Origin: an uncultured Dehalococcoidia bacterium
Lineage (GTDB): Bacteria > Chloroflexota > Dehalococcoidia > SZUA-161 > SpSt-899
Assembly: GCA_965612975.1 (NCBI GenBank)
Contig: CBFDTP010000001.1
Coordinates: 1-57,480, forward strand
Length of the DNA: 57,480 nucleotides
Direction: 5' to 3'
The notes under the pieces were generated by a model. That model was given only the letters and a program-made list of their open reading frames with translations. It was not told the DNA's origin and made no database searches. The translations under genes and the position numbers were made by a program. Shown one piece after another: positions 27,814 through 37,396 of this stretch; position 1 is the first letter of the stretch; every line of letters begins with the position of its first letter.

Positions 27814-28473
27814 ATGAAGCTCGATGACAAGGTGTACTTTTATCCGGAAAGAGGGATGCTGGATTGCAATACCTATGTGATCACCGGGGAGATCACCGTG
27901 GTGATAGATCCAGGACTGGAACAGTTTTTGCCGGAGCTGATTCAGGATATGCGTCGGGATGGACTCGATCCCCAGGACATCGCCTTCATAGTCAACACCC
28001 ATCTTCATTTGGATCATTATTGGGCTGATGAAGCTCTAAAGCGGCAATCCCGGGCAAAGATACTGCTTCATCCCCTGCAGCGCCAGTTCTATCAGACCAC
28101 CGTGGTGGAGACCTCGCGTTTTTTCGGGCTGGCTCCAGTGGAGGTACAGGAGGACGAGTTATTGCCGGACAGGCTCGATGTGGGAGACCTGGAGTTTGAG
28201 GTTCTGCCCACTCCGGGACACTCTCCCGACAGCCTTTGCTTCTACTGTAGGAGCGAGGGAATATTGATCTGTGGCGATCTCGTCTTCAGTCAGAGCACCG
28301 GAAGGGTTGATTTGCCGGGGGGTAGTGCCAGAGAGCTAAAACAGAGCATTGAGAGCATTGCCCAATTGGATATCGATCTGCTGCTTCCAGGCCATATGAG
28401 CCCAATAAAAGGCCGGGAGAACATCCAGCACAACTTCGAATTTGTCCGGCAGCAGGTCTTTCCCTGGCTTTAA
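27814..28473 (+). CDS. MBL-fold metallo-hydrolase (glyoxalase II-like)
   Basis: NTHLHLDHYWAD (HxHxDH) and TPGHSPDS motifs. AGGAGG RBS. Confidence 0.85.
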   Translation: MKLDDKVYFYPERGMLDCNTYVITGEITVVIDPGLEQFLPELIQDMRRDGLDPQDIAFIVNTHLHLDHYWADEALKRQSRAKILLHPLQRQFYQTTVVETSRFFGLAPVEVQEDELLPDRLDVGDLEFEVLPTPGHSPDSLCFYCRSEGILICGDLVFSQSTGRVDLPGGSARELKQSIESIAQLDIDLLLPGHMSPIKGRENIQHNFEFVRQQVFPWL

Positions 28474-28478
28474 AGACC

Positions 28479-29372
28479 TCAGTTTACCTTTACTCGCCCG
28501 GCGTTGCAATTTATCCTCAGGTAAATCTGATTTTCCGAGCTCTCGAAGTTTGGGGAGATGTAATGGTCATCTCTTTTGAGGAAACGGCTCTCGTCTATCT
28601 CGAGGGCGGCTAAGTTGACATCGGCCCCGATTCGCGCGGCCATTTCTTCGGGGATGGTTATCTCCACGTTAGCTGCATTCGCCTCGACAAGAACCTGAAC
28701 ACTTCCTTGGGAGGGCATCCTGAGCTTACAGTTGCCGGCATCTACGTTCAACTCGAGCTTGGTCGCTTTGAGCTGACCGAGGTCGAGGTTCAGGTTTGTC
28801 GCAGCCGATTTAATCTGGAGGGCCAGGGAGATATCCGGGCTCAGGTTGACCTCCAGCTCGGCCCCGATCCCCTTCCAGGGCGGTCGCTCCTCTTTCTCGT
28901 TGGTCAATCGAAGCTGACCTACTTTCCCCTGTCGTTCGAACTCGGCTCTTATTCTCCCTTCCCGACAGCTTGCCTCCACCAGGTTGGGTGAGCCGGGCGA
29001 AAGGCTGGCCAGCTTCAGACTACCGGCGGCGAAATCTATTCGCACCTCAGCCCTCTCCAGATCTCCCAGTGGCTGGGAGTACTCGCTTACCGCCGAACCT
29101 GGTCCAGGTGAAGGACCATGCTGCCAGATGGCCAGCCCGAGGCAGGCGCCCAGCACTGCCAGAACCAGGGCACTGGCTAGCCAGGGGTTATAGCGGCCGG
29201 CGAGGATGTCCAGCCCGATGACGATCAGCAGCACCGGCCAGAAGCGCCATAGGGTGCCCCAGAGGCTCCAGGGAAGGACGTCGAAGTTCTGTAACAGGAG
29301 AACTATCCCCACGAACAATAGGACCACGCCCCAGATGGAGGCGTGATGTGATTTGCGCGATCTCTCAGGCAT
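28479..29372 (-). CDS. LiaF-like membrane protein with a toastrack (DUF2154/DUF4097-like) C-terminal domain
   Basis: N-terminal TM helices (IWGVVLLFVGIVLLLQNF...) and a repetitive beta-rich C-terminus. The start overlaps the stop of the PspC-domain gene. Confidence 0.6.
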   Translation of the reverse strand: MPERSRKSHHASIWGVVLLFVGIVLLLQNFDVLPWSLWGTLWRFWPVLLIVIGLDILAGRYNPWLASALVLAVLGACLGLAIWQHGPSPGPGSAVSEYSQPLGDLERAEVRIDFAAGSLKLASLSPGSPNLVEASCREGRIRAEFERQGKVGQLRLTNEKEERPPWKGIGAELEVNLSPDISLALQIKSAATNLNLDLGQLKATKLELNVDAGNCKLRMPSQGSVQVLVEANAANVEITIPEEMAARIGADVNLAALEIDESRFLKRDDHYISPNFESSENQIYLRINCNAGRVKVN

Positions 29373-29853
29373 GCTTCCTCCTGGCAGTCAGAATCAGCAG
29401 CACCCCCACGGCCACGATGATGAGCGGCCAGAGCTTGCCCCAGTCAAACCACCAGAAGAGGTTGAAATTGGCCGACAGGAAAACGAGGCCGAGGATGATG
29501 AGGATGATGCCGATGACGTTGCGCCGGCGCCGGTGGACTCTATCCGAGTCTTCGACCTCAGCCGGCCGCTCGCCAAAGGTGGTGTGGATTTCTTGCCCCA
29601 GCTTGGTGGCCGTTTCCTTCATTTCCTCTACGTTCTCCCGCACCCTCTCCTTAAACTCGCCTGCCTTTGAGCCCTCCAGAGGGATGAGTATGGCCATGAT
29701 GAGGTAGGCTAAAATGCCTATTCCATTGGCGAAGACCAACAACACCATGGCTATTCGGACGATGGTGGGGTCCATATCCAGGTACTTTGCCAGTCCTCCA
29801 CATACTCCCCAAATTACGCGGTCGGTGCGACTCCGATAAAGCCTTTCCCCCAT
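29365..29853 (-). CDS. PspC-domain membrane protein
   Basis: RLYRSRTDRVIWGVCGGLAKYLDMDPTIVRIAMVLL. ATG at 29853 has GAGGGGG upstream. The ORF-track N-terminal extension is unlikely. Confidence 0.8.
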   Translation of the reverse strand: MGERLYRSRTDRVIWGVCGGLAKYLDMDPTIVRIAMVLLVFANGIGILAYLIMAILIPLEGSKAGEFKERVRENVEEMKETATKLGQEIHTTFGERPAEVEDSDRVHRRRRNVIGIILIILGLVFLSANFNLFWWFDWGKLWPLIIVAVGVLLILTARRKHA

Positions 29854-29976
29854 AGGACACCCCCTCATTAAAGAAAAAGCTGGCCGATTTACTGCACTAC
29901 TATAGCATAACCAGAGCACTAATTCAGCCGCCGAAGTCAAACGGCCTCGGATTATAGCCTGGGGCATCCGGCTGGC

Positions 29977-31011
29977 TTAGGGGTAAATTGCCGGCTCGGC
30001 CAGCCCCATGTTCTCGGGAAAGCCCACCATGAGGTTGAAGTTCTGCACCGCCTGCCCTGCCCCGCCTTTCACCAGGTTATCCAGGCAGCTTATGACCACC
30101 AGCCTGCCGGCCCTCACGTCCACCGTCGGGTAGAGGAGACAGAAGTTGCTGCCCCAGGTATGCTTCGTCCCCGGAGGGGAATCCACCACCCGGATGAAGG
30201 GCTCGTCGCGGTAAAACTCGCAGTAGAGCTCTCGCACCTCTTTTTGTAATTTCTCCGGAGACGTCCCCGGCGCCAGCTCGGCATAACAGGAGCTCAATAT
30301 CCCCCGGGTCATGGGGACAAGATGCGGCAGGAAGGTCACCCTCGGCTGAAGATCCGGGGATAGGTTTTGAAGCTCTTGTACTATTTCGGGGAGATGGCGA
30401 TGCCCTTCAAGGGCATAGGCCGAGGTGTTCTCATTGGCCTCCGAAAAATGGGTGGGCAGGCTCAGGGTTCTGCCGGCCCCAGATACCCCTGACTTGCTGT
30501 CTATGACGATGTCGGAGGCGAGCAGGCCGGCTTTCACCGCCGGGGCCAGGGCCAGGATGGCGCCGGTAGGATAGCAGCCCGGGTTGGCCACCAACCGGGC
30601 CCGGGAAATCTCCTCCCGGTTGAGCTCGGGAAGCCCGTAGACGGCCTCGCTGAGGAGCTCCGGAACCGGGTGAGTCACCTGGTACCAGCGCTGATACTCG
30701 GCCACATCTTTAAGTCTGAAGTCTGCACTCAGATCCACTACCCGAACATCCTTCTCCAGCATCCGGGCCACCGGCTCGGCAGCAACTCCGTGAGGCAGGG
30801 CGGAAAAGGCGAAATCCACCTCCTCCAGCTCCGGCTCGATGGTGAGCGGAATGTCGGAGAGGTGAGGAAATACCTCCCCCAGCCTCTTCCCCACCAGACC
30901 TCGCCCAGTGACCGAAACCAGCTCAACCCCCTCGTGGCGACACAATATTCGGGCTAACTCCACCCCAATGTAACCGGTGACGTTGATGATGCCCACTCTT
31001 ACCTTTTCCAC
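29977..31011 (-). CDS. argC: N-acetyl-gamma-glutamyl-phosphate reductase
   Basis: VGIINVTGYIGVEL and LVANPGCYPT (active-site Cys) motifs. Confidence 0.93.
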   Translation of the reverse strand: MEKVRVGIINVTGYIGVELARILCRHEGVELVSVTGRGLVGKRLGEVFPHLSDIPLTIEPELEEVDFAFSALPHGVAAEPVARMLEKDVRVVDLSADFRLKDVAEYQRWYQVTHPVPELLSEAVYGLPELNREEISRARLVANPGCYPTGAILALAPAVKAGLLASDIVIDSKSGVSGAGRTLSLPTHFSEANENTSAYALEGHRHLPEIVQELQNLSPDLQPRVTFLPHLVPMTRGILSSCYAELAPGTSPEKLQKEVRELYCEFYRDEPFIRVVDSPPGTKHTWGSNFCLLYPTVDVRAGRLVVISCLDNLVKGGAGQAVQNFNLMVGFPENMGLAEPAIYP

Positions 31012-31386
31012 TTAATTCCTCCCCTCGATCTCTCTAAGCCTATGGTCATCCAGGCCAAAGTGATGGGCTATCTCATGGCGCACTACCCGCCTGATCTCCC
31101 GAACTAATTCCTCGGATGAGCGGCATCTTAGCTCCAGCGGCCGGCGAAAGATGGTTATCTTGTCCGGGGGAACCAGGTTATACCCCGTCCCTCGATGTGG
31201 TCGGGGGACCCCTTCATAAAGGCCCAGCAGGTTCTCTCGATTCTTGATGCCCACCTTGGACAATTGATAGGGGCTGGGCCAATCCGCCACCACCACGGCG
31301 ATGTTCTCCAGCTTGTCCTTGAACTCCGGTGGCAGAGCTTCAACTGCCTCGGCGACCAGCCTTTCAAAATCCTCTCTTGGCATCAT
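31012..31386 (-). CDS. minimal zincin-like metallopeptidase family protein
   Basis: HEIAHHFG zinc motif in a ~120-aa protein with the typical FERLV..ALE.LP N-terminus. Confidence 0.75.
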   Translation of the reverse strand: MMPREDFERLVAEAVEALPPEFKDKLENIAVVVADWPSPYQLSKVGIKNRENLLGLYEGVPRPHRGTGYNLVPPDKITIFRRPLELRCRSSEELVREIRRVVRHEIAHHFGLDDHRLREIEGRN

Positions 31387-32093
31387 CTTTCGACGGACTT
31401 AGTTCGTTCCTCGTTGTAAACCTCCTCCTTGGCGGAGCCCTCGGGGCATTCCTGACGCAGGATACAAACTTCACAGCGAGGCCGACGTGCTCGGCAGACT
31501 CTCCGGCCATGCTCGATCAAGTTCAGGTGGAAGCGCTCGAATTCCTCCGGTGGGAGCTGTCGTTCGAGCTCCTCCTGGGCCCTCTCCGGGGAGACCTTGG
31601 CGGAGATGAGCCCCAGCCGGCGGCTTACGCGGTAAACATGGGTATCCACCGGGAGAACAGGTCGGCCGAGGGAAAAGAGAAGCACACAGGCCACTGTCTT
31701 GGGCCCCACCCCGGGAAGCTTTCTCAACCAGGCCTTGGCCTCCGGAAGGGGCAGTTCAGCCAGGAACGAGAGGTCCAGACCTCCTCTTTCCCTCCTTATG
31801 GTCTCCAGGATGGCCTTAATACGGGCGGCCTTCACCTGGGCTAGCCCCCCACCTTTTATGGCTTGGGCGATATCCTCCACGCTGGCCTCGGCCACCGCTT
31901 CCCAGCTCTCGAACCTCTCCCGCAGGGAAGAGAAGGCCCGCCGGGTGTTCTGCCCCGAGGTATTCTGGGAAAGCAGGGTCAGGATCAGCTCCGAGAGCGG
32001 GTCCTGGGGCAGATCCCACTTGAGGGCCCCGTATTCCTGAGCCAATAATCGACTTACCTCGGCCGCCGTCAGCGATTGCCTAACCGCCTTCAC
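31383..32093 (-). CDS. nth: endonuclease III-like HhH-GPD base-excision repair protein
   Basis: HhH (LPGVGPKTVACVLLF), a catalytic-region D, and the C-terminal Fe-S loop C-x6-C-x2-C-x5-C (CRARRPRCEVCILRQEC). Confidence 0.85.
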   Translation of the reverse strand: MKAVRQSLTAAEVSRLLAQEYGALKWDLPQDPLSELILTLLSQNTSGQNTRRAFSSLRERFESWEAVAEASVEDIAQAIKGGGLAQVKAARIKAILETIRRERGGLDLSFLAELPLPEAKAWLRKLPGVGPKTVACVLLFSLGRPVLPVDTHVYRVSRRLGLISAKVSPERAQEELERQLPPEEFERFHLNLIEHGRRVCRARRPRCEVCILRQECPEGSAKEEVYNEERTKSVER

Positions 32094-32113
32094 CGTAATC
32101 TTATGAGCAAACT

Positions 32114-32884
32114 TCAGTCCTGTCTCCAGCAGAGCTTCGAATAAAGGATCAAGCCTGCAGCGAAAAGCAGAAGGGACAACGCGATGGTAAGAATTAACTG
32201 ACCGGAGCTCACTGGATTGTAGCCGGCGAAGTCCTCTCCAAGCAGGAGATAGATGATTGAGGAGTTAGCTGACGAGACGGGATAAATCCGAGCGAAAGCC
32301 TGAAGTGGACTCGGCAGGGATGAATAGGGTGTGAACACGCCCGAGATCGAGGCGGTCACCACGCTGATCCCCACCCCGGTCATAATGGCTCCTTGCACGT
32401 GCTTGATCAGCGTGCCGACCAGCATGCCTATCCCGGCCGAGGCGAGGGAGACGAGAAGGAAAAAGCCGATGGCGGACCAGACCCCACTGGCGTAGGCGAA
32501 CCTGGCCCCGCAGAGGTAGCCCACCAGCAGCACCAGGATCACGGCCAGGGCGGAGAAGGCCAGCAATCCCAGGATTCGACCAGCGAAATCCTTCCACGGG
32601 CTTATGGGCAAGGACATCAACTTGGAGAGTAGGCCCCGCTCCCGATCCTCGGCTATATTCCCCGGAAGGTTAGCCATACCGGCGATCATCAGGGCGAACG
32701 CAGCCATCGAAATGGTGATGGCGGCCCTGAGGTGTGGCACTACCTCCCGAGGGGCTCCTCCTACAAATGAGAAGCTGCCTATAAGCACCCAGATGATTGG
32801 CCAGGCTATGGTCCAGAAGAGCACCGGTTTTTGCCGCAAGAACTCCTTTATGGTCTTGGTCAGGGTGGCTACCACCTGACTCAC
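32114..32884 (-). CDS. ABC-2 type transporter permease
   Basis: Six TM helices, immediately downstream of the ABC ATPase gene. Confidence 0.8.
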   Translation of the reverse strand: MSQVVATLTKTIKEFLRQKPVLFWTIAWPIIWVLIGSFSFVGGAPREVVPHLRAAITISMAAFALMIAGMANLPGNIAEDRERGLLSKLMSLPISPWKDFAGRILGLLAFSALAVILVLLVGYLCGARFAYASGVWSAIGFFLLVSLASAGIGMLVGTLIKHVQGAIMTGVGISVVTASISGVFTPYSSLPSPLQAFARIYPVSSANSSIIYLLLGEDFAGYNPVSSGQLILTIALSLLLFAAGLILYSKLCWRQD

Positions 32885-33811
32885 CTAGCCTACCTCCTTG
32901 ACGACCTTCCCGGTTAACTCGAAGAACACATCCTCCAGCGATGGCTTCACGACCTCCACTTGGGTGGCCTTACACCCGACCTCGTCGAGCGCTCTCACGA
33001 GCTCCGGCACCAACTTCTCGGCATCCCGACAATAAAGCCGGTAACCCACATCAGTTTCCAGCACCCGGCCCTTCTCGCTGAATCCACTCAACAGACGAGT
33101 GACCTTTTCGCTCTTTATGGTGGTCTCCAGGTTTATTACGCTTTCGATGTTGCTGGAGTTCTTCAATTTCTCCGGCTCACCTTCGGCGATGATTTTTCCC
33201 TCATCGATCAGGCCAACTCTCGAGGCCAGCTCGGCATCTGCCCCAATGTGGGTGATGAGCATGATGGTGGTCTCCTCTCCCCTCAGCTCCTCGAGCAAGC
33301 CGAAAAACTTCCTTCTGGCCGAGGGGTCCAGCCCGGTGGTTGGCTCATCCAGGATGAGAAGCTTTATCCCCGGGAAAAGCGCCGTGGCCACCTCCAGCCT
33401 CTTGCGCATGCCGCCGGAGTACTTCGCCACCCGCTTATCGGCCTCCGCCGAAAGGCCGACCTTCTCCAAGAGCTCGTCGGCCAGCCTGCTTGCCTCGCTC
33501 CCGGAATGCCCCAGAAGCCGGGCGAAGTATACCAGGTTCTCCCGACCCGTGAGCACGGGGGAGGAGAAGTTCTCCTGAGGAACATAGCCGATGAACTCCT
33601 TCGCCTGTTCGGGTCTCCTTCCGTAGATCCTAACCTCTCCGCTGGTGGGGAACCTTACGGAGGCCAGGATGGAGACGAGCGTGGTCTTCCCAGAACCATT
33701 GGGCCCCATGAGGCTGTAAAATTCACCTTCCTGGACCCTGAGGTTCACTCCTTTAAGTACCTCGCTACTCCCGTATCTCTTGGTCAGATTCTCCACATAT
33801 ATGGCTTCCAT
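32885..33811 (-). CDS. ABC transporter ATP-binding protein
   Basis: Walker A GPNGSGKTT, signature YSGGMRKRL, Walker B LLILDEPT. Confidence 0.93.
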   Translation of the reverse strand: MEAIYVENLTKRYGSSEVLKGVNLRVQEGEFYSLMGPNGSGKTTLVSILASVRFPTSGEVRIYGRRPEQAKEFIGYVPQENFSSPVLTGRENLVYFARLLGHSGSEASRLADELLEKVGLSAEADKRVAKYSGGMRKRLEVATALFPGIKLLILDEPTTGLDPSARRKFFGLLEELRGEETTIMLITHIGADAELASRVGLIDEGKIIAEGEPEKLKNSSNIESVINLETTIKSEKVTRLLSGFSEKGRVLETDVGYRLYCRDAEKLVPELVRALDEVGCKATQVEVVKPSLEDVFFELTGKVVKEVG

Positions 33812-33819
33812 TTGAGCTC

Positions 33820-34431
33820 CTACAGGCCTTGAAGGTGGCAGGTGTCGTTCAGCAGCCGCAGTGCCAGCCCGTCCCCCCGGGTCTCAAAGATGTTGATGGC
33901 ACACACATCCTGTCCTATTTGCCAGAAGTGGGAATTGTCGATCCCCAGGACGGCGCAGATCATGACCCGGCAGGCCACCATGTGCGAGACCAGAACCACC
34001 GTCTCCTCCGGATGCTCGGCCACGACTTTCTCCAGCGCCTGTGAGACACGCTGGCGGACATCTCCCAGGCTTTCGCCGCCGGGGAATTTCACCCGATGAG
34101 GGGAGACCGACCAAAGGTGGTAGAGCTCGCCATCTCGTTCCCTGGCTTCCTGGGGAGATAGCCCCTGCCAGTCTCCAAAGTCGATGTCAATGAGTTCCTC
34201 CAGCGGCTGAGCCGGTATCCCCAGGCGCTGGCCGATGATGCGGGCGGTCTCCAGGGCTCGTCTCAGGGGGCTGGAGTAAATCTGGCTTACTCCCATCCTG
34301 GCCAGCCGTTCCGCCGTTGCCCGGGCTTGCCTCAGACCAAGTTCGGTGAGGGCCAGGTCTGCTCGACCACGAAACCTTTCCTCGCGATTCCACTGGGTCT
34401 GGCCGTGCCGTACCAGGATTATGCGAGCCAC
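33820..34431 (-). CDS. histidine phosphatase (phosphoglycerate mutase) family protein
   Basis: IILVRHGQTQWN catalytic RHG motif and a later SH motif (VLVSHMV). Confidence 0.85.
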   Translation of the reverse strand: MARIILVRHGQTQWNREERFRGRADLALTELGLRQARATAERLARMGVSQIYSSPLRRALETARIIGQRLGIPAQPLEELIDIDFGDWQGLSPQEARERDGELYHLWSVSPHRVKFPGGESLGDVRQRVSQALEKVVAEHPEETVVLVSHMVACRVMICAVLGIDNSHFWQIGQDVCAINIFETRGDGLALRLLNDTCHLQGL

Positions 34432-34492
34432 AATTCTTCGACTATCTTAACATAGGAGAAAAGAAGCAAGCAAGCTGTCGAATAGAGGGAGT

Positions 34493-35155
34493 TCAGGAGC
34501 CCTGCCTCGGGGCCAGCGAACCCTTCTCCAGAGGTAGGTGGGAGGGTTCCCTCACAAATACGAGGGGGTAAATTATGTCGCTCAGGCAGCAGGGAAACCA
34601 GACTGCCAGGAAGAGGAACAGAAGGATGGCCAGGATATCGAGCCAACCTATCATGCCCCCTAGAGCCATGATCACGTGAAACAGGGAAGCCCAGGTGCTT
34701 ATCAGGACATGACCATAATGCGGGAACTTGGTCAGCCACTTTCGGTAGCCGATGAGGATACCAAGCAGGGCTGCTGGATTCACCAGCCACCACCTCTCGA
34801 CAAATCCCAGGTGAACCCCCCGATTGGGCAGGTCAAGGAGCACCTCCCCCACGTAGGGGACGATCGAGTCGCTCAGCGTAGCTATACCCACCGAGCCGGT
34901 GTAGCCGATCAGGATCGCCAGCCAGATTCGAGCCCTTTTATACCTCATGTACATCGCCGTGGTCACGATGGCGCTCAGCACGACATGGGTTGGGTGCAGA
35001 ATGTAGAAGATGTCCTGGGACAGGGGGGAGATCCGGGGAAGAAGGTTGCCGAAGAGCACGATGAGCATGATGACGATCCCGGTGAGGGCCCCGGAGAAGG
35101 TAAAGGGGGCATGTCTTCCCAACTCAACCAATATCCGCCTGCTCATCCTTGCCAA
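34493..35155 (-). CDS. hypothetical six-TM membrane protein with an internal two-fold repeat (HPTH...LSDSIVPY / PHYGH...LSDIIYPL)
   Basis: Hydrophobic profile and duplicated His/Asp motifs seen by eye. Overlaps the lgt stop by 32 nt. Confidence 0.55.
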   Translation of the reverse strand: MARMSRRILVELGRHAPFTFSGALTGIVIMLIVLFGNLLPRISPLSQDIFYILHPTHVVLSAIVTTAMYMRYKRARIWLAILIGYTGSVGIATLSDSIVPYVGEVLLDLPNRGVHLGFVERWWLVNPAALLGILIGYRKWLTKFPHYGHVLISTWASLFHVIMALGGMIGWLDILAILLFLFLAVWFPCCLSDIIYPLVFVREPSHLPLEKGSLAPRQGS

Positions 35156-35915
35156 CCCAGCGAACTTTGGCCAGGAGGAAGGGAACCACGGCCAGAAGGA
35201 TTACGAGGGAGACCAGTTGTGCCTCTTGAAGGCCGAGAACAAAGGGGGTGACATCTCCCCGGAGAAACCTGATGCCGAAGGTGCCAAGGGAGTAGAGGGC
35301 GAGGTAAGCGGCGATGAGCGAGCCCTCCGGCCTGAGCCGGCCTCGCAGGATATAGAAAAGGAGGCCGAAGACCAGGAGATCCCAGAGAAGTTCATACACC
35401 TGGGTCGGATGAACGGCGATACCCAGCGGAGCGTAGCTGTTGGGATGGGTATAGACGAAGCCCCAGGGAAGAGTGGTTGGCTTTCCGTAGCAGCAGCCGT
35501 TGATGGTGCAGCCAATCCGGCCGATGGCCTGGCCCAGGATGACTCCCGGGGCTGCTAGGTCGAGCAGCGGAGCAGCGGGAACCCCTCGCAAGCGGCAATA
35601 AATCCACATCCCTAGGATTCCTCCCAGTATGGCCCCAAAGATGGTCAGCCCGGCAGGGTTGAGCATCTCCCCGGGGTGGGAGGCGTAGTAGCTCAACTTG
35701 TCGATGATGTGAAGTAATTTGGAGACCAGGAGACCACAGGGGACGGCCACCACCGCCACGCCGGCCACGAAGTCGGAGGTGACCCCCATCTTCCCCCAGA
35801 AGTGGCGGATCCAGAGGATGATGGACAAGATGGCCGCCGCCACCGCTACCCCGTACCACCTTACGGACAAGCCACCGACCGTGAACGCAACTGGGTCAAC
35901 CCCTACTTGGATCAC
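35124..35915 (-). CDS. lgt: prolipoprotein diacylglyceryl transferase
   Basis: SVRWYGVAVA..., GRIGCTINGCCYGKPT and HPTQVYE motifs. Confidence 0.9.
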   Translation of the reverse strand: MIQVGVDPVAFTVGGLSVRWYGVAVAAAILSIILWIRHFWGKMGVTSDFVAGVAVVAVPCGLLVSKLLHIIDKLSYYASHPGEMLNPAGLTIFGAILGGILGMWIYCRLRGVPAAPLLDLAAPGVILGQAIGRIGCTINGCCYGKPTTLPWGFVYTHPNSYAPLGIAVHPTQVYELLWDLLVFGLLFYILRGRLRPEGSLIAAYLALYSLGTFGIRFLRGDVTPFVLGLQEAQLVSLVILLAVVPFLLAKVRWVGKDEQADIG

Positions 35916-35950
35916 CGGGACACCCGTAGCAAAAAGTTAGAACTCCTGAC

Positions 35951-36388
35951 CTAGCCAGAATCTTCCCATTGGCAGTCCTGACAGCTGCCGAAGAACTGCA
36001 GGAGATGGCCTTCGATCTTGAAGCCGGTCTCTCGAGCGAGCCTTTGTTCCAGCTCATCCAGGCTGCATTCGGTGAAGTCCACCACCTTGCCACATTTGGA
36101 ACATATCAGATGCCCATGATGCTTGAGCGTGCTACCCACATAGCGGGGAGTTTTCCCCCCAGCGTGTACCTCACAGACGAGCCCCAGTTTCACCAAGGTG
36201 TTCAGGGTGCGGTATACCGTGACCAGGCCAATGCCGGGGTGAGTTCGATGCACCTGCGCGTATATCTCGGCGGGAGTGAGATGCCCGGGACTATTGGCAA
36301 TGACCTGTAACACTGCCTCCCGCTGTGGAGTGAGCCTATAGCCCCGCTGTTTCAATATGGAAATTATCCTTCTTCGGCTGGCTCTCAT
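35951..36388 (-). CDS. fur: Fur-family metalloregulator
   Basis: RLTPQREAVLQVI winged helix, HHGHLIC-x-KCG...C-x2-C metal sites. Confidence 0.88.
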   Translation of the reverse strand: MRASRRRIISILKQRGYRLTPQREAVLQVIANSPGHLTPAEIYAQVHRTHPGIGLVTVYRTLNTLVKLGLVCEVHAGGKTPRYVGSTLKHHGHLICSKCGKVVDFTECSLDELEQRLARETGFKIEGHLLQFFGSCQDCQWEDSG

Positions 36389-36424
36389 CTCGTAAATGAA
36401 ACTCGTAAATGAAAAAAATTTTCA
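36389..36424. promoter_or_regulatory. candidate Fur-family operator directly abutting the fur start codon
   Basis: Perfect tandem 13-mers ctcgtaaatgaaa at 36389-36401 and 36402-36414. These overlap a perfect palindrome TGAAAA-aaa-TTTTCA at 36410-36424. Confidence 0.45.
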
Positions 36425-36550
36425 CTTTCTTATACCAATCAAACAACCCCATGTCAAGCCCGGCGGCATCTTTCGCCACGCTTTGTCTGACGTCTTGACG
36501 CCCGTTTCCGGGGGAAGTATACTAGGCGCAGCAAGGTTGGGAAGCCAAAC

Positions 36551-37396
36551 TTGAACGCCAAAGGACCACTGGTATCGATTAACATCCCCACTTTCAATTC
36601 CGAAAGGAGCCTCGAGACCTGCCTCAGCGCTGTATTATCCTCCACCCACAAGAATCTGGAGTTAATCGTGGTGGACAGTTATAGCCAGGACCGAACTAAA
36701 GAAATAGCGGAAAGCTTCGGGGCAAAGGTCATCCTCACCGATTGGCGTCTCCTCGGGGCTAGATACCTGGGCTTCAGGGAATCCAAGGGCAGCTTCATCC
36801 TTCTCCTCGACTCCGATCAGGTTCTCGCCCCGGATGCCATTGAGAGGGCGGTAACCCTCTTCCAGAGCTACGACATGCTCTGCCTGGGGGAGAGGTCGTA
36901 CAAGCCTCAAAACTGGGTACAGAAGCTATTTGATGCCGACCGAGTCATCTCCCATAGCTTAAACGAGTTTCATCCGATAAAGGGAGAGGTGCTTCCACGT
37001 TTCTTCAAGCGCTGGGTACTGGAAAAGGTCTTCGAGGAGATTCCGGAGGACCTCCTGAAGACGGTGGTTCACTTCGACCACGCCCTGATTTACTACCGGG
37101 CCTACAAGCTCACCCAGAAGGTGGGATTAATTCCCGACGCGGTGCAACACATGGAGATGCAGAGCCTCTCCGAGATCTGGAGGAAAAGCCTTCGGTTCGG
37201 GGCATCCCTGAGGGAACTTCCGCGAACTCCGGAGGCAAGGGAACTCTTGAAGAGGGACGGCGTTTTAAAGCGGGTGAGGGCCCGGCTTTCCCCCAAAATC
37301 CTGTTCTCCCGAAAGGCCAAGTACGTTCTGCCCTCCCTGGTTCTCATCCTCCTCAAGGACGCCCTCTTTACCCGGATCGGATACCTTCGAGGTTAA
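36551..37396 (+). CDS. GT2-family glycosyltransferase
   Basis: VSINIPTFNSERSLETCL...VVDSYSQD...LLLDSD (DxD) pattern. TTG start. Confidence 0.8.
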   Translation: MNAKGPLVSINIPTFNSERSLETCLSAVLSSTHKNLELIVVDSYSQDRTKEIAESFGAKVILTDWRLLGARYLGFRESKGSFILLLDSDQVLAPDAIERAVTLFQSYDMLCLGERSYKPQNWVQKLFDADRVISHSLNEFHPIKGEVLPRFFKRWVLEKVFEEIPEDLLKTVVHFDHALIYYRAYKLTQKVGLIPDAVQHMEMQSLSEIWRKSLRFGASLRELPRTPEARELLKRDGVLKRVRARLSPKILFSRKAKYVLPSLVLILLKDALFTRIGYLRG

